Shown here: in pieces, positions 29,963-39,336 of the stretch
Layout: each line of letters begins with the position of its first letter
Numbering within the stretch: the first letter of the stretch is position 1
From: an uncultured Lachnospiraceae bacterium
GTDB lineage: Bacteria; Bacillota; Clostridia; Lachnospirales; Lachnospiraceae
Direction: 5' to 3'
Assembly (NCBI GenBank): GCA_910585895.1
Contig: CAJUHY010000004.1
Location: 5,010 to 69,009 of the forward strand
Length of the DNA stretch: 64,000 bases
Notes under the pieces: model-generated
Told to the model about the DNA's origin: nothing
The model's database searches: none
Seen by the model: only the letters and a program-made list of their open reading frames with translations
Translations under genes and position numbers: made by a program

Positions 29963-32839
29963 ATGAAAAAGAAGAGGATATTATGTATACTGTTGGCTGC
30001 CATGCTTTTGTTTACCATGGACGGAGGCAGTCTCTATGCGATGGGGATATCGCAGGAGCAGCAGTATGAAGAGGATAAGCAAGATATGCGTACTGCGCCG
30101 GAAGAGGGGGAGAATTCACCGGAAGAAGGGGAGGAGCCACCGGAAGAAGGGGAAACTCCGCCGGGAGAAGGAGAGGAGCCGCCGGAAGAAGAGCAGGAAT
30201 ATACAGTTAATTTTGAACTGAATGGGGGAGTCACGGTAGCGGGAACGAACAGTTTTTCGCTGCGGGTAAAAGAGGGGGAGGCAATCGCTGAAGGAGATGT
30301 GGCAGACGTAAGCAGAAAAGGCTATCTCTTTCAGGGCTGGCTGGACAGCCAGGGCAATTATTACAGCTTTTCTGCGCCGGTAATGGAAGATATGACATTG
30401 TCGGCTTCCTGGACGCCAATTACATACCGTGTACAGTTTCATCTGAATGGAGGGAGCGGAGACGCACCGGCAGAACAGCTGGTGGCTTATGATGAGGAAT
30501 TAAAGCTTCCGGTGAGCGGGCTGTACAGAAAAGATTATGTGCATATCGGCTGGGAGCAGGATGGCGTTGGGGTCTATCAGGAGGGGGCTGTTGCCAAGAA
30601 CCTTACAGACCAGGATGGCGCTGTGGTAGTGCTGAAAGCAGTCTGGAGACGCGGAGAGTACAAAGTCAGTTTTCAGGCGAATGGCGGGAGCGGGACCATG
30701 AGCGCGCAGGCATTTTCCTGTGGCAAAAGCAAGAAACTGACGAAGAATAAATTTACGAAGACGGGATACACTTTTGCAGGTTGGAATACCAGGAAGGATG
30801 GGAAAGGGCAAAGTTACAAACAACAGGAGAGGGTCTCCTTCGCCAATCAGGCGGATGGGAGCGCTGTTGTCCTCTATGCCATGTGGAAAGGGAATTCCTA
30901 TCAGGTCACATACAACGGCAACGGCGCCAAAAGCGGTTCAGTTTCCAGTACCAAACATGTGTATGGCACAGCGAGTAAGCTGGGTACAAACTGCTTTAAG
31001 CGTACTGGTTATACCTTTGCGGGCTGGAATACCAAGAAGGACGGCAAGGGCAAGACATACGCCAGCGGCGCCAGTGTGCAGACGCTGACCGCGGAAGCGG
31101 GGGGGACAGTGACGCTTTATGCTAAATGGGCGCCGGTAAATTACACCATCAAATATCAGACCAGGAATGGTAAGCTGGCGAAAGGGGCAAAGAAAAAGTA
31201 CAATATCCAGTCGAAGACGTTTTCCCTGCCCATCCCTACCAGGAAGGGTTACGATTTTGACGGCTGGTATCGGGATTCAAAATTAAAGAAACGTGTCAGT
31301 GAGATTAAGAAGGGGACGACTGGTAACAAGAAATATTATGCCAAATGGGTCAAGTGCACACGCAAGCCCAACACAAAATATACAAAAATTAAAATGTGCA
31401 AAGCGGCAGGAACAGGTAAAGTCAAAGTCAAGGCCGTTGTGACGAGTCGAGTGGCGAGTTCAGATGACCGCTATTATCTGGTGTATGTCAACCCATACAC
31501 TGGCAAGCCTTACAAAGCGGCAAAGAAGGTATACAAGAAGAGGAACCTCAGTTTTACTTTAAAGACCTCGGAGAATCAGGGCTATGTGATGGCGAATTTT
31601 GCCATTGCTGTGAAAAAGAAAGGGAAATATTATCTAATCAGTAAACCTTCCTTTGTCAGCAGCCCGCAGAAAGCGGCGAAGAACAAGTCCAAATATAAGC
31701 TGGGCAGGACGAAGAAGGGAATGCAGTTTTACAATAACATGCAGGAGATAGATGCATGCGGGGCAAAGAATAATTTCCTCAACCTGACGGTTTCTTCTGT
31801 ATGCGTGAATCCGACTGTGCCCTACAAATATAATGGGAAGACATATTACTTCAACAGTATGGATTCTTTGAAGCAGATTGTATCAGAATGCAATAAAAAG
31901 GGAATTAATGTTACCATGCAGATTCTTTTGGACTGGGTAGGCGACCAGCTTAACCTGATTGACCCTAAAGCAAGGGCGGCGGGAGCAGCGCCTTATTATC
32001 TGTGGAACGTGCGCCGTGACGGCGGGCGGGAGAAGATGGAAGCGATTTTTTGTTATCTGGGCAGTGTGTTTGGCAGCAAGAAATGTTATGTGTCCAACTG
32101 GATTTTAGGAAATGAAATCAATAATCCCAGAGGCTGGAATTATGCGGGTTCTATATCTGCAAATTCTTATTTTAAGATTTATGCCCATGCGTTCCGCGCC
32201 CTGTATGTCGCTGTGCGCAGCCAATATGCCAATGCCCGCGTATTTATCTGTATGGATAATCTCTGGAATACGTCTGTGCCAGGAGGGTACAGCGTAAAAT
32301 ATTCCATTTCCTCTTTTGTGGCGCAGCTGAGGAAAATCCAGAGCGGGATTCAATGGAATCTTGCCTACCATGCATATTCAGCTCCGCTGACTTACACAAA
32401 TTTCTGGGATGGCTATGGCATCACCTACGATGAAAACAGTCCTTATATTACGATGAAGAATCTGGATGTGCTGACCAATTATATTAAACAGAATTATGGT
32501 TCCAAGGTGCGTGTGATTCTGTCTGAGCAAGGATATGCGTCCAACTGGGGACAGGCAAACCAGGCAGCGGCAATTGCGGCCAGCTACTATATTGCGGCAT
32601 GTAATCCCATGGTAGATGCGTTTATCATCCGCAGCTATTATGACCATCCGGTAGAGGTTGCCCAGGGTCTGCCTATGGGAATCGCGGGAAAAGAGGCTTT
32701 TGAGGTCTACAAATATATGGATACGGCCACTACGTTCCAATATACGAACCGCTATCTGGGCCTGATTGGCATCTCCTCGTGGGAGCAGCTGGTGCCGAGA
32801 TTCGTACCATCAAGGCTCCACATCATGTACAGCAAATAG
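29963..32839 (+). CDS. Secreted protein: InlB B-repeats (Flg_new) + C-terminal DUF5722-like putative clan GH-A hydrolase domain
   Basis: Signal peptide, PE-rich repeats, about five Y.V.F..NGG...GY.F.GW...LYA.W repeats, WILGNEIN and ILSEQG motifs. Confidence 0.8.
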   Translation: MKKKRILCILLAAMLLFTMDGGSLYAMGISQEQQYEEDKQDMRTAPEEGENSPEEGEEPPEEGETPPGEGEEPPEEEQEYTVNFELNGGVTVAGTNSFSLRVKEGEAIAEGDVADVSRKGYLFQGWLDSQGNYYSFSAPVMEDMTLSASWTPITYRVQFHLNGGSGDAPAEQLVAYDEELKLPVSGLYRKDYVHIGWEQDGVGVYQEGAVAKNLTDQDGAVVVLKAVWRRGEYKVSFQANGGSGTMSAQAFSCGKSKKLTKNKFTKTGYTFAGWNTRKDGKGQSYKQQERVSFANQADGSAVVLYAMWKGNSYQVTYNGNGAKSGSVSSTKHVYGTASKLGTNCFKRTGYTFAGWNTKKDGKGKTYASGASVQTLTAEAGGTVTLYAKWAPVNYTIKYQTRNGKLAKGAKKKYNIQSKTFSLPIPTRKGYDFDGWYRDSKLKKRVSEIKKGTTGNKKYYAKWVKCTRKPNTKYTKIKMCKAAGTGKVKVKAVVTSRVASSDDRYYLVYVNPYTGKPYKAAKKVYKKRNLSFTLKTSENQGYVMANFAIAVKKKGKYYLISKPSFVSSPQKAAKNKSKYKLGRTKKGMQFYNNMQEIDACGAKNNFLNLTVSSVCVNPTVPYKYNGKTYYFNSMDSLKQIVSECNKKGINVTMQILLDWVGDQLNLIDPKARAAGAAPYYLWNVRRDGGREKMEAIFCYLGSVFGSKKCYVSNWILGNEINNPRGWNYAGSISANSYFKIYAHAFRALYVAVRSQYANARVFICMDNLWNTSVPGGYSVKYSISSFVAQLRKIQSGIQWNLAYHAYSAPLTYTNFWDGYGITYDENSPYITMKNLDVLTNYIKQNYGSKVRVILSEQGYASNWGQANQAAAIAASYYIAACNPMVDAFIIRSYYDHPVEVAQGLPMGIAGKEAFEVYKYMDTATTFQYTNRYLGLIGISSWEQLVPRFVPSRLHIMYSK
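30098..30193 (+). repeat. Intragenic 21-bp tandem repeat encoding PEEGExx
   Basis: PEEGENS-PEEGEEP-PEEGETP-PGEGEEP-PEEE. Confidence 0.85.
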
Positions 32840-32854
32840 GGCAATTGGATAAAT

Positions 32855-32883
32855 TTGCATTTGCTGGGGGATGGTGGTATAAT
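32855..32883 (+). promoter_or_regulatory. Near-consensus sigma-A promoter with extended -10
   Basis: TTGCAT-17 nt-TATAAT, with TGn directly before the -10. Confidence 0.78.
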
Positions 32884-32885
32884 CT

Positions 32886-33012
32886 GACCTAAGGAGGGAC
32901 CCAACGGAGTTGGGAGGATGCCTTAGGTCCCCTGCCGGAGCCAAAGAAGTAAAACGGAGTTGGGAGGATGCCTTAGGTCTTTTGGAACAGCCAATGAATT
33001 AGAATGACCTGA
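32886..33012. repeat. 70-bp element, locus B (70 + 50 bp modules + partial left arm)
   Basis: GACCTAAGG/CCTTAGGTC outer stem and CCCAAC-gga-GTTGGG inner stem. The 27-mer AACGGAGTTGGGAGGATGCCTTAGGTC occurs at 32903 and 32953; GACCT recurs at 33006. Confidence 0.88.
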
Positions 33013-33048
33013 TAAAGTAGATTTAAAAATATTTAGGAGAAATCAACC

Positions 33049-34107
33049 ATGCAGCTTGCAGTATGCTTACTTGTGCTTTTACTGTTAGGAATAGAATTTG
33101 TGGTATTCGGCGTTGCAGCCTGCAGATTATTCCGTTTAAATCCGAGAGGATATGAGACAGGCATTTTAGGATTCTTTGTGTATTTCGGGATGTTTCAGGT
33201 TGCTGCGCTGCCGTTAATTTTGCTGCAGAGACCGTTTCATGAATTAGTGTTTTTGTGGCTTATCATTGCAGCGGCGGTAAATATTTATGCGCTTTGGCGA
33301 GGCAGGAAAGAACTGGTCAGCCTGCTGTACAAAACTTTTGCCGGGCTGTGGAGGAACAGGGGGCTTCTGCTTGCTGCAGTGATTCTTCTGGTATTGTTTT
33401 GCTGCTGTTTTTCAGCGCTGCAGCAGTATTTAGGGTGGGATACCAGTTATTATGTGGGAACAGTCGATATTACGGTGCGCACGGATTCTATGTACGCATA
33501 TGATGGCGCTTCCGGCGCTCCGGTGAAATCACTGAATCTGCGCTATGCAATTTCCACATTCTATATGCATTCCGCGCTGTTGTGCAAACTGACCGGTATC
33601 AGCGGGATGGTACTGCACAAATATGTGATTGGCGTACTCTGTATTCTCATGCATGGAGGGATATTGTTTGCCATAGGCAGACAGCTTTTTCCAGATGAGG
33701 AGAAGAAAGCGCTGTTCCTGACAGGTCTGGTCTTTGTCCTGCATTTGGGATTCCATACGAATTATACGGTATCGGATTTTCTGCTGGTTCGGGGCTATGA
33801 GGCCAAAGGATTTTGTGCAAATGTTGTAATTCCGGCAGTGTTTTATGCTATGCTTTGCCTGTGGAAAGACAGACAGAAGCGTGAGTATTGGTTTCTGGCG
33901 TTTGTGGTTTGTTTTTCCAGTGTGCCGGTGTCAATGTCGGCGCTGGTGATTGTTCCGGCAATGGTGACCATTGCTGTGCTGGCGGAGTGGCTGACAAAGC
34001 CGGGGTGGGCAATCCTCTGGCGCGCCTTTGTCTGTGTACTGCCCAATGCAGTTTATATGATTTTGTATTTTATGTATACCAAGGGGCTGCAGATTATGGT
34101 CGGGTAA
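33049..34107 (+). CDS. DUF6077-like polytopic membrane protein
   Basis: Many TMs, WDTSYYV loop, LLVRGYEAK motif. Confidence 0.65.
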   Translation: MQLAVCLLVLLLLGIEFVVFGVAACRLFRLNPRGYETGILGFFVYFGMFQVAALPLILLQRPFHELVFLWLIIAAAVNIYALWRGRKELVSLLYKTFAGLWRNRGLLLAAVILLVLFCCCFSALQQYLGWDTSYYVGTVDITVRTDSMYAYDGASGAPVKSLNLRYAISTFYMHSALLCKLTGISGMVLHKYVIGVLCILMHGGILFAIGRQLFPDEEKKALFLTGLVFVLHLGFHTNYTVSDFLLVRGYEAKGFCANVVIPAVFYAMLCLWKDRQKREYWFLAFVVCFSSVPVSMSALVIVPAMVTIAVLAEWLTKPGWAILWRAFVCVLPNAVYMILYFMYTKGLQIMVG

Positions 34108-34162
34108 TAGTGCCTGGGTGTGGACTGCAGCCATAGAATATGGTAGGTGATGAGGATATAAT

Positions 34163-34987
34163 ATGTATGTTGTGGAGAGTGTGCAGCAGGTGTTTGAGAC
34201 CTATATGGGACAGACCGTGTTCCTGACATTGTTTTTGGTCAGCCTGATTTATTGCTTCTGCAAGGTGGATGAAAAAGGGCGAAAACGGCTGCTGTTTGTC
34301 ATTTTGCTGAGTATTATATTTGTATTTAATAACATATCGCTGCGGTTGGTAGGAAAAGTGACGTCTGACCTGACTTTCTACCGGTTTATCTGGGCGGTGC
34401 CGATTTTGCTGCTGATAGCATGGGCGGGGACGAAGTCTGTCATGGAGCGTCAGAAATTCTGGGAAAGGGCGGCAGTGCTGGCGCTGCTGGTTGCATTGTT
34501 TCAAGGCGGGACGAGCACATTCTTCACAGAAGGAAGTCTGCGTATGCCGGAGAACATCTACAACCTGCCCGGTGATGTGGTACAGGTCTGCGATATTATT
34601 GAGCGGCACAATGAGGGGGAGATAGAGAATCCTTCTGTGGCGTTTGATATTGAATGCCAGGTAGCGGCAAGATTGTATGATCCCTCACTCGTGTGGGGAA
34701 TCAGGCGTAAGGCCTATCTGGATTATAACAATACAGATGGATATAAAAATGTAAAGAACAGGTATAAGGCAGAAAAAACGATTATCCATGCCGTGAATTT
34801 CGGGAGGAAGGATGAAGAGGAGCGTCTTTCCAAAGCCCTTACTAAGAGAAAGATAGATTATATTGTAACGTTCAGTTCTTTTGAAATGGATGGTTATTTT
34901 GCACAGCTTGGCTATGGGCTGGTGGAGTCTACAGGGGCAAGGAGCGTATATGCCCGAGAAAAAAATGATTTGGAGGTTAACCAATGA
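34163..34987 (+). CDS. Hypothetical membrane protein
   Basis: Four N-terminal TMs, [16 protein letters not shown] and a soluble C-terminal domain. Confidence 0.7.
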   Translation: MYVVESVQQVFETYMGQTVFLTLFLVSLIYCFCKVDEKGRKRLLFVILLSIIFVFNNISLRLVGKVTSDLTFYRFIWAVPILLLIAWAGTKSVMERQKFWERAAVLALLVALFQGGTSTFFTEGSLRMPENIYNLPGDVVQVCDIIERHNEGEIENPSVAFDIECQVAARLYDPSLVWGIRRKAYLDYNNTDGYKNVKNRYKAEKTIIHAVNFGRKDEEERLSKALTKRKIDYIVTFSSFEMDGYFAQLGYGLVESTGARSVYAREKNDLEVNQ

Positions 34988-35862
34988 AAGGAATTATTTT
35001 AGCCGGAGGTTCCGGGACGAGACTGTATCCATTGACGAAGGCAATCTCTAAGCAGATTATGCCGGTGTATGACAAACCGATGATTTATTACCCCCTGTCC
35101 ACCCTGATGCTGGCAGGAATCCGTGAGGTACTGATAATTTCCACGCCCAGGGACCTGCCCGTGTTTGAGGATTTGCTGGGAGACGGAAGCCAGCTTGGCA
35201 TGAAGTTTGCCTATGCTGTGCAGGAGGAACCGAGAGGGCTTGCCGATGCTTTTATTATCGGGGAGGAATTTATCGGTAAAGATGCAGTGGCTCTGGTGCT
35301 GGGAGACAATATTTTCTATGGGCAGAGTTTTTCCAGAGTGCTGAAACGTGTCGCTGAGAGGACGGACAGCCAGTCGGGAGCTACGATTTTCGGATATTAT
35401 GTCAGAGACCCCAGAGAGTATGGCGTTGTGGAGTTTGATGAGGAAGGAACGGCTATTTCCATTGAAGAGAAGCCAGAGAAGCCGAAATCAAATTATGCAG
35501 TGCCGGGATTATATTTTTATGATAATGATGTAGTGGAGATAGCCAAAAATGTCAAGCCTTCCGTGCGCGGGGAGATTGAGATTACCAGCGTCAATAACGA
35601 GTATTTAAGGCGTGGAAATTTGAAAGTGGAAACTTTGGGACGTGGATTTGCCTGGCTGGATACGGGTAACCATGAGATGCTTCTGGCGGCAGCAGATTTT
35701 GTGTCGGCGTTCCAGAAACGTCAGGGGCTTTACATCTCCTGCATTGAGGAGATAGCGTATAAGCGTGGATTTATCAATGAAGAGCAGTTGAAGAAACTGG
35801 CTGAGCCTTTGATGAAAACGGAGTATGGGCAGTATCTGATGGAAATTGCCCAGGGTCTGTAG
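34984..35862 (+). CDS. rfbA: Glucose-1-phosphate thymidylyltransferase
   Basis: [43 protein letters not shown]. Confidence 0.98.
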   Translation: MKGIILAGGSGTRLYPLTKAISKQIMPVYDKPMIYYPLSTLMLAGIREVLIISTPRDLPVFEDLLGDGSQLGMKFAYAVQEEPRGLADAFIIGEEFIGKDAVALVLGDNIFYGQSFSRVLKRVAERTDSQSGATIFGYYVRDPREYGVVEFDEEGTAISIEEKPEKPKSNYAVPGLYFYDNDVVEIAKNVKPSVRGEIEITSVNNEYLRRGNLKVETLGRGFAWLDTGNHEMLLAAADFVSAFQKRQGLYISCIEEIAYKRGFINEEQLKKLAEPLMKTEYGQYLMEIAQGL

Positions 35863-35939
35863 CCGGCAGATGTCTTACAATCAGAACAGGCAGATTGAAT
35901 GATTAAAATACACATACATCCAGAAAGAGGAGGTTAAGC

Positions 35940-36521
35940 ATGGGAAAGATTAAAGTGACGGACAACTGCAATGGGATTGCAGGGCTGAAAGTGATTGAGC
36001 CGGCGGTATTTGGAGATGAACGCGGGTATTTTATGGAGACATATAATTACAATGATTTCAAGGAGGCAGGCATTGACTGCGATTTTGTGCAGGATAACCA
36101 GTCTGCATCCAAGAAAGGTGTGCTGCGCGGACTTCATTTCCAGATTAATTTTCCGCAGGATAAACTGGTTCGTGCGGTAAGCGGCGAGGTGTTTGACGTG
36201 GCGGTGGATTTGCGCGAGGGTTCCGAGACATTCGGCAGATGGTTCGGCGTAGTCCTGTCTGCGGAGAATAAGAAGCAGTTTTTTATCCCCAAGGGATTTG
36301 CACATGGGTTTGTCGTGCTGTCTGATTATGCAGAATTCTGTTATAAGGTGACAGATTTTTATCATCCCAATGATGAGGGCGGAATACTGTGGAAAGACGA
36401 GAAGATTGGCATTGACTGGCCCTTGCCGCAGGGGATGACGGAGAAAGATCTGATTATGTCTGACAAAGACAAAGTCTGGGGAAGCCTGGATGCATATGTG
36501 AACAGCCGTAACAGAAGGTAA
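35940..36521 (+). CDS. rfbC: dTDP-4-dehydrorhamnose 3,5-epimerase
   Basis: DERGYFMETY, VQDNQS, VLRGLHFQ, DVAVDLR, GFAHGF. Confidence 0.97.
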   Translation: MGKIKVTDNCNGIAGLKVIEPAVFGDERGYFMETYNYNDFKEAGIDCDFVQDNQSASKKGVLRGLHFQINFPQDKLVRAVSGEVFDVAVDLREGSETFGRWFGVVLSAENKKQFFIPKGFAHGFVVLSDYAEFCYKVTDFYHPNDEGGILWKDEKIGIDWPLPQGMTEKDLIMSDKDKVWGSLDAYVNSRNRR

Positions 36522-36580
36522 TGAAAAATTTTATGGGGAAGGGAGTTGTGAAAAATTAAAATATGAAGGAGGGAAATCAT

Positions 36581-38500
36581 ATGAGAACACGCATTTTATC
36601 TTTTTTGTTGGTAGGGATCATGCTTTTTACAGCATTGCCGGCAGAGGTGTCTGCGACAGTTTCTCCAGACGAAGCTACCGAATTGGGATCAGATTATGTA
36701 GGCGGTATGCAGCTGGAGGCGATTGAAATTTCAGATGAAACAGCAGAGGAAATTGGTATCCTCAGCGCGGAGGATTTAACGGCGGGCGGTCAGCTGTGGC
36801 GGTATTCCAATACTTATGGCTCAATGCAGTATAATTCTGCCTGGGACATCTATTCTTCCAACTATATCTATAACCGTTTGGATGAGAAGGAGCGCCAGTT
36901 TTGGGATCTTCTGGATGCGGAGTGCAGGAAATATCTTACCACAAATAGTAATGCCAAGCTGGTGACGGTCAGTGATGAAACAGGGGCAAAGAGTACCTGC
37001 TATGCAGCGCTGGGGGTAGAATTTTTGACCCTGGGCCTGAATTCCATAAAAGCGGACAATGTATATTTGATGTTTCTGTATGCCAATCCCCAGTATTATT
37101 TTCTAGACAGTTCCTATCTGCGCAGCAGCAAGTCTCTGACGCCGGTTTTCTATGATAAGTTTGCCAATGGTGCAGCCAGGAAAGCGGAAACGCAGAAGCT
37201 GAAAACAAAAATTAATGATATGAAAGCACAGGTTGAGAAAGGGGCTACGGAGTTAGAGAAAGCAAAGATTGCCCATGACCTGATAATTAAAAAAGTGCAA
37301 TATGACCATGAGTATGCGTCCTCGCGTCCCAATACTTTGTACCATCAGAGCGCATACAGCGTATTTTGTGATTCCTACACTGTCTGTGCGGGTTATACAA
37401 AGTCATTTGAAATTCTCATGAACAGTGTGGGGATTGATGTGGTAGGTATCACCAGCCGCAAGGTAATGGGTTATGATTTCTATGGAAATCCAATTGTGGA
37501 AGGACATGCCTGGAACGCTGTCTGCCTGAACGATACCTGGTATTATGTGGACTGTACCTGGGATGATTTGGATGGCGAATATGGGCTTGAACTGCAGTAC
37601 ACCTGGTTTGGGCTCAGTGAGGCAACGTTTACCGGTCCCATGGATAAGCAAGGCTTCCATACGGCGGAACCTCTGTATTCCGGATTGATACCCAAGTGCA
37701 GCAGGGATATGGGTTCTACGCTGGACACGGTGGGAACAGCGTATATTCCGGAACAGGCTGCGGCAACGCCGGTGATAACGCAGAGAAGGACGTCTAAAGG
37801 TATGACTGTGACGCTCAGCTCGGCAACGCCGGGAGCGGATATCTACTATACAACAGATGGCAATGAACCTTCCGCTTCCTTTAGCAGAAGTTATTATTAT
37901 ACGGAACCCTTTACGGTGAATTCAGACGTGACAGTGCGGGCAGTCGCCGTGTGTGATGGCAAGAAGGACAGTGAGGTCGCCGCTGCTGCAGTAAAAGGCA
38001 GGCAATTCACCGTTAAGTTTGATACCGGGGAAGGCAGCAAGATTTCTTCCTTGAAGGTATGGCCGCAGGAGAAAGTAAAAAAACCTGCCAATCCTAAACG
38101 GAAAGATTATCAGTTTATCGGCTGGTACAGCAATCAGGGCTGCACTGTTAAATGGAATTTCAACAATGAGATAACCGGGAACACCACGCTCTATGCCAAA
38201 TGGACAAAAGTTAAAGTAAAGAGCGCCTCTATTAAGAAGCTGAAAAAGCGTGGGAGCAGGAAGCTGGAGGTTACCATCCGCAAAGTCAGCGATGCCAAGG
38301 GTTATCAAATTCGTTACTCTAAGAAGTCAAATATGAAATCAGCGAAAAGTGTGCATACAACGTCAACGAAAAAGACGATTTCCGGTCTTAAGGCAAGAAG
38401 CAAATACTATGTGCAGGTTCGCGCCTATAAGCTGGATTCCACGAAGAAGAAAGTTTATGGGAAATGGAGCAAAAGTAAGAAAATTACTATAGGAAAGTAA
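36581..38500 (+). CDS. Secreted transglutaminase-like protein with FN3-associated, InlB-B and basic FN3 domains
   Basis: Signal peptide; VCAGY / GHAWN / VDCTWDD triad; IYYTTDG; one B-repeat; Lys-rich YYVQVRAY..YGKWS tail. Start at ATG 36581, behind AAGGAGGG. Confidence 0.82.
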   Translation: MRTRILSFLLVGIMLFTALPAEVSATVSPDEATELGSDYVGGMQLEAIEISDETAEEIGILSAEDLTAGGQLWRYSNTYGSMQYNSAWDIYSSNYIYNRLDEKERQFWDLLDAECRKYLTTNSNAKLVTVSDETGAKSTCYAALGVEFLTLGLNSIKADNVYLMFLYANPQYYFLDSSYLRSSKSLTPVFYDKFANGAARKAETQKLKTKINDMKAQVEKGATELEKAKIAHDLIIKKVQYDHEYASSRPNTLYHQSAYSVFCDSYTVCAGYTKSFEILMNSVGIDVVGITSRKVMGYDFYGNPIVEGHAWNAVCLNDTWYYVDCTWDDLDGEYGLELQYTWFGLSEATFTGPMDKQGFHTAEPLYSGLIPKCSRDMGSTLDTVGTAYIPEQAAATPVITQRRTSKGMTVTLSSATPGADIYYTTDGNEPSASFSRSYYYTEPFTVNSDVTVRAVAVCDGKKDSEVAAAAVKGRQFTVKFDTGEGSKISSLKVWPQEKVKKPANPKRKDYQFIGWYSNQGCTVKWNFNNEITGNTTLYAKWTKVKVKSASIKKLKKRGSRKLEVTIRKVSDAKGYQIRYSKKSNMKSAKSVHTTSTKKTISGLKARSKYYVQVRAYKLDSTKKKVYGKWSKSKKITIGK

Positions 38501-38508
38501 GACGACGT

Positions 38509-39336
38509 ATGAAACCAAAATCTAAAAGTATTGTGCAGGAACTGATAGAGAACCGAACGCTGATAAGGAGTCTGGCAAAAAATGACTTTAGGACAAAATT
38601 TGCCGGCTCCTATCTGGGCACGGTGTGGGCGTTTGTACAGCCGGTAATCACGGTGCTGATTTACTGGTTTGTTTTTGATATGGCGATAGGAGCCACTGCC
38701 TCTATCCGCGGGGAGCTGCCTTTGCCCTATGTTCTGTGGCTGGTGGCGGGAATTGTGCCGTGGTTTTTCTTTTCGGACTGTGTCAGCGCCGGGACTGCAG
38801 TGTTGATGGAATACAATTATCTGGTAAAGAAAGTGATGTTTAACATTGATATTTTGCCGGTGATAAAGATATTTTCATCCATATTCGTGCATGTGTTTTT
38901 TGTGGCGTTTATGGTAGCGCTGTTTATTTGTTATGGTTATTTTCCTGACTTTTATGTACTGCAGGTCATCTATTACAGCTTTGGCGTACTGCTGCTGGCA
39001 TTGGGGATTAGTTATCTTACCAGTGCGGTGTCCGTATTTTTTCCGGACGTCAGGCAGATAGTAAATATTGCCCTGCAGGTGGGAATATGGGCAACGCCGA
39101 TTATGTGGAAGCTGTCAGATATGCAGGAAAAGATACCTCATGCAGTACTGGTAGTGATAGAATTGAATCCGTTTTTTTATATTGTGCAGGGTTATCGGGA
39201 GGCTTTGATTGATAAGGTATGGTTTTTTGAGCATCCGTGGATGACCTTGTATTTTTGGTGTTTTACGGCAGCAATCTGCTTTTTGGGCGTGACGGTATTT
39301 CGACGGCTGAAAGTACATTTTGCTGATGTGCTATGA
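38509..39336 (+). CDS. wzm: Polysaccharide ABC exporter permease (Wzm/RgpC-like)
   Basis: DFRTKFAGSYLG..WAFVQP, YLVKKV, TPIMW, LNP, HFADVL. Confidence 0.92.
   Translation: MKPKSKSIVQELIENRTLIRSLAKNDFRTKFAGSYLGTVWAFVQPVITVLIYWFVFDMAIGATASIRGELPLPYVLWLVAGIVPWFFFSDCVSAGTAVLMEYNYLVKKVMFNIDILPVIKIFSSIFVHVFFVAFMVALFICYGYFPDFYVLQVIYYSFGVLLLALGISYLTSAVSVFFPDVRQIVNIALQVGIWATPIMWKLSDMQEKIPHAVLVVIELNPFFYIVQGYREALIDKVWFFEHPWMTLYFWCFTAAICFLGVTVFRRLKVHFADVL

Noticed and set aside
32903..33000. CRISPR array interpretation of the 27-bp repeats
   Set aside because: Only two repeats, the variable part is just 11 nt with a conserved tail, and there are no cas genes in the window.
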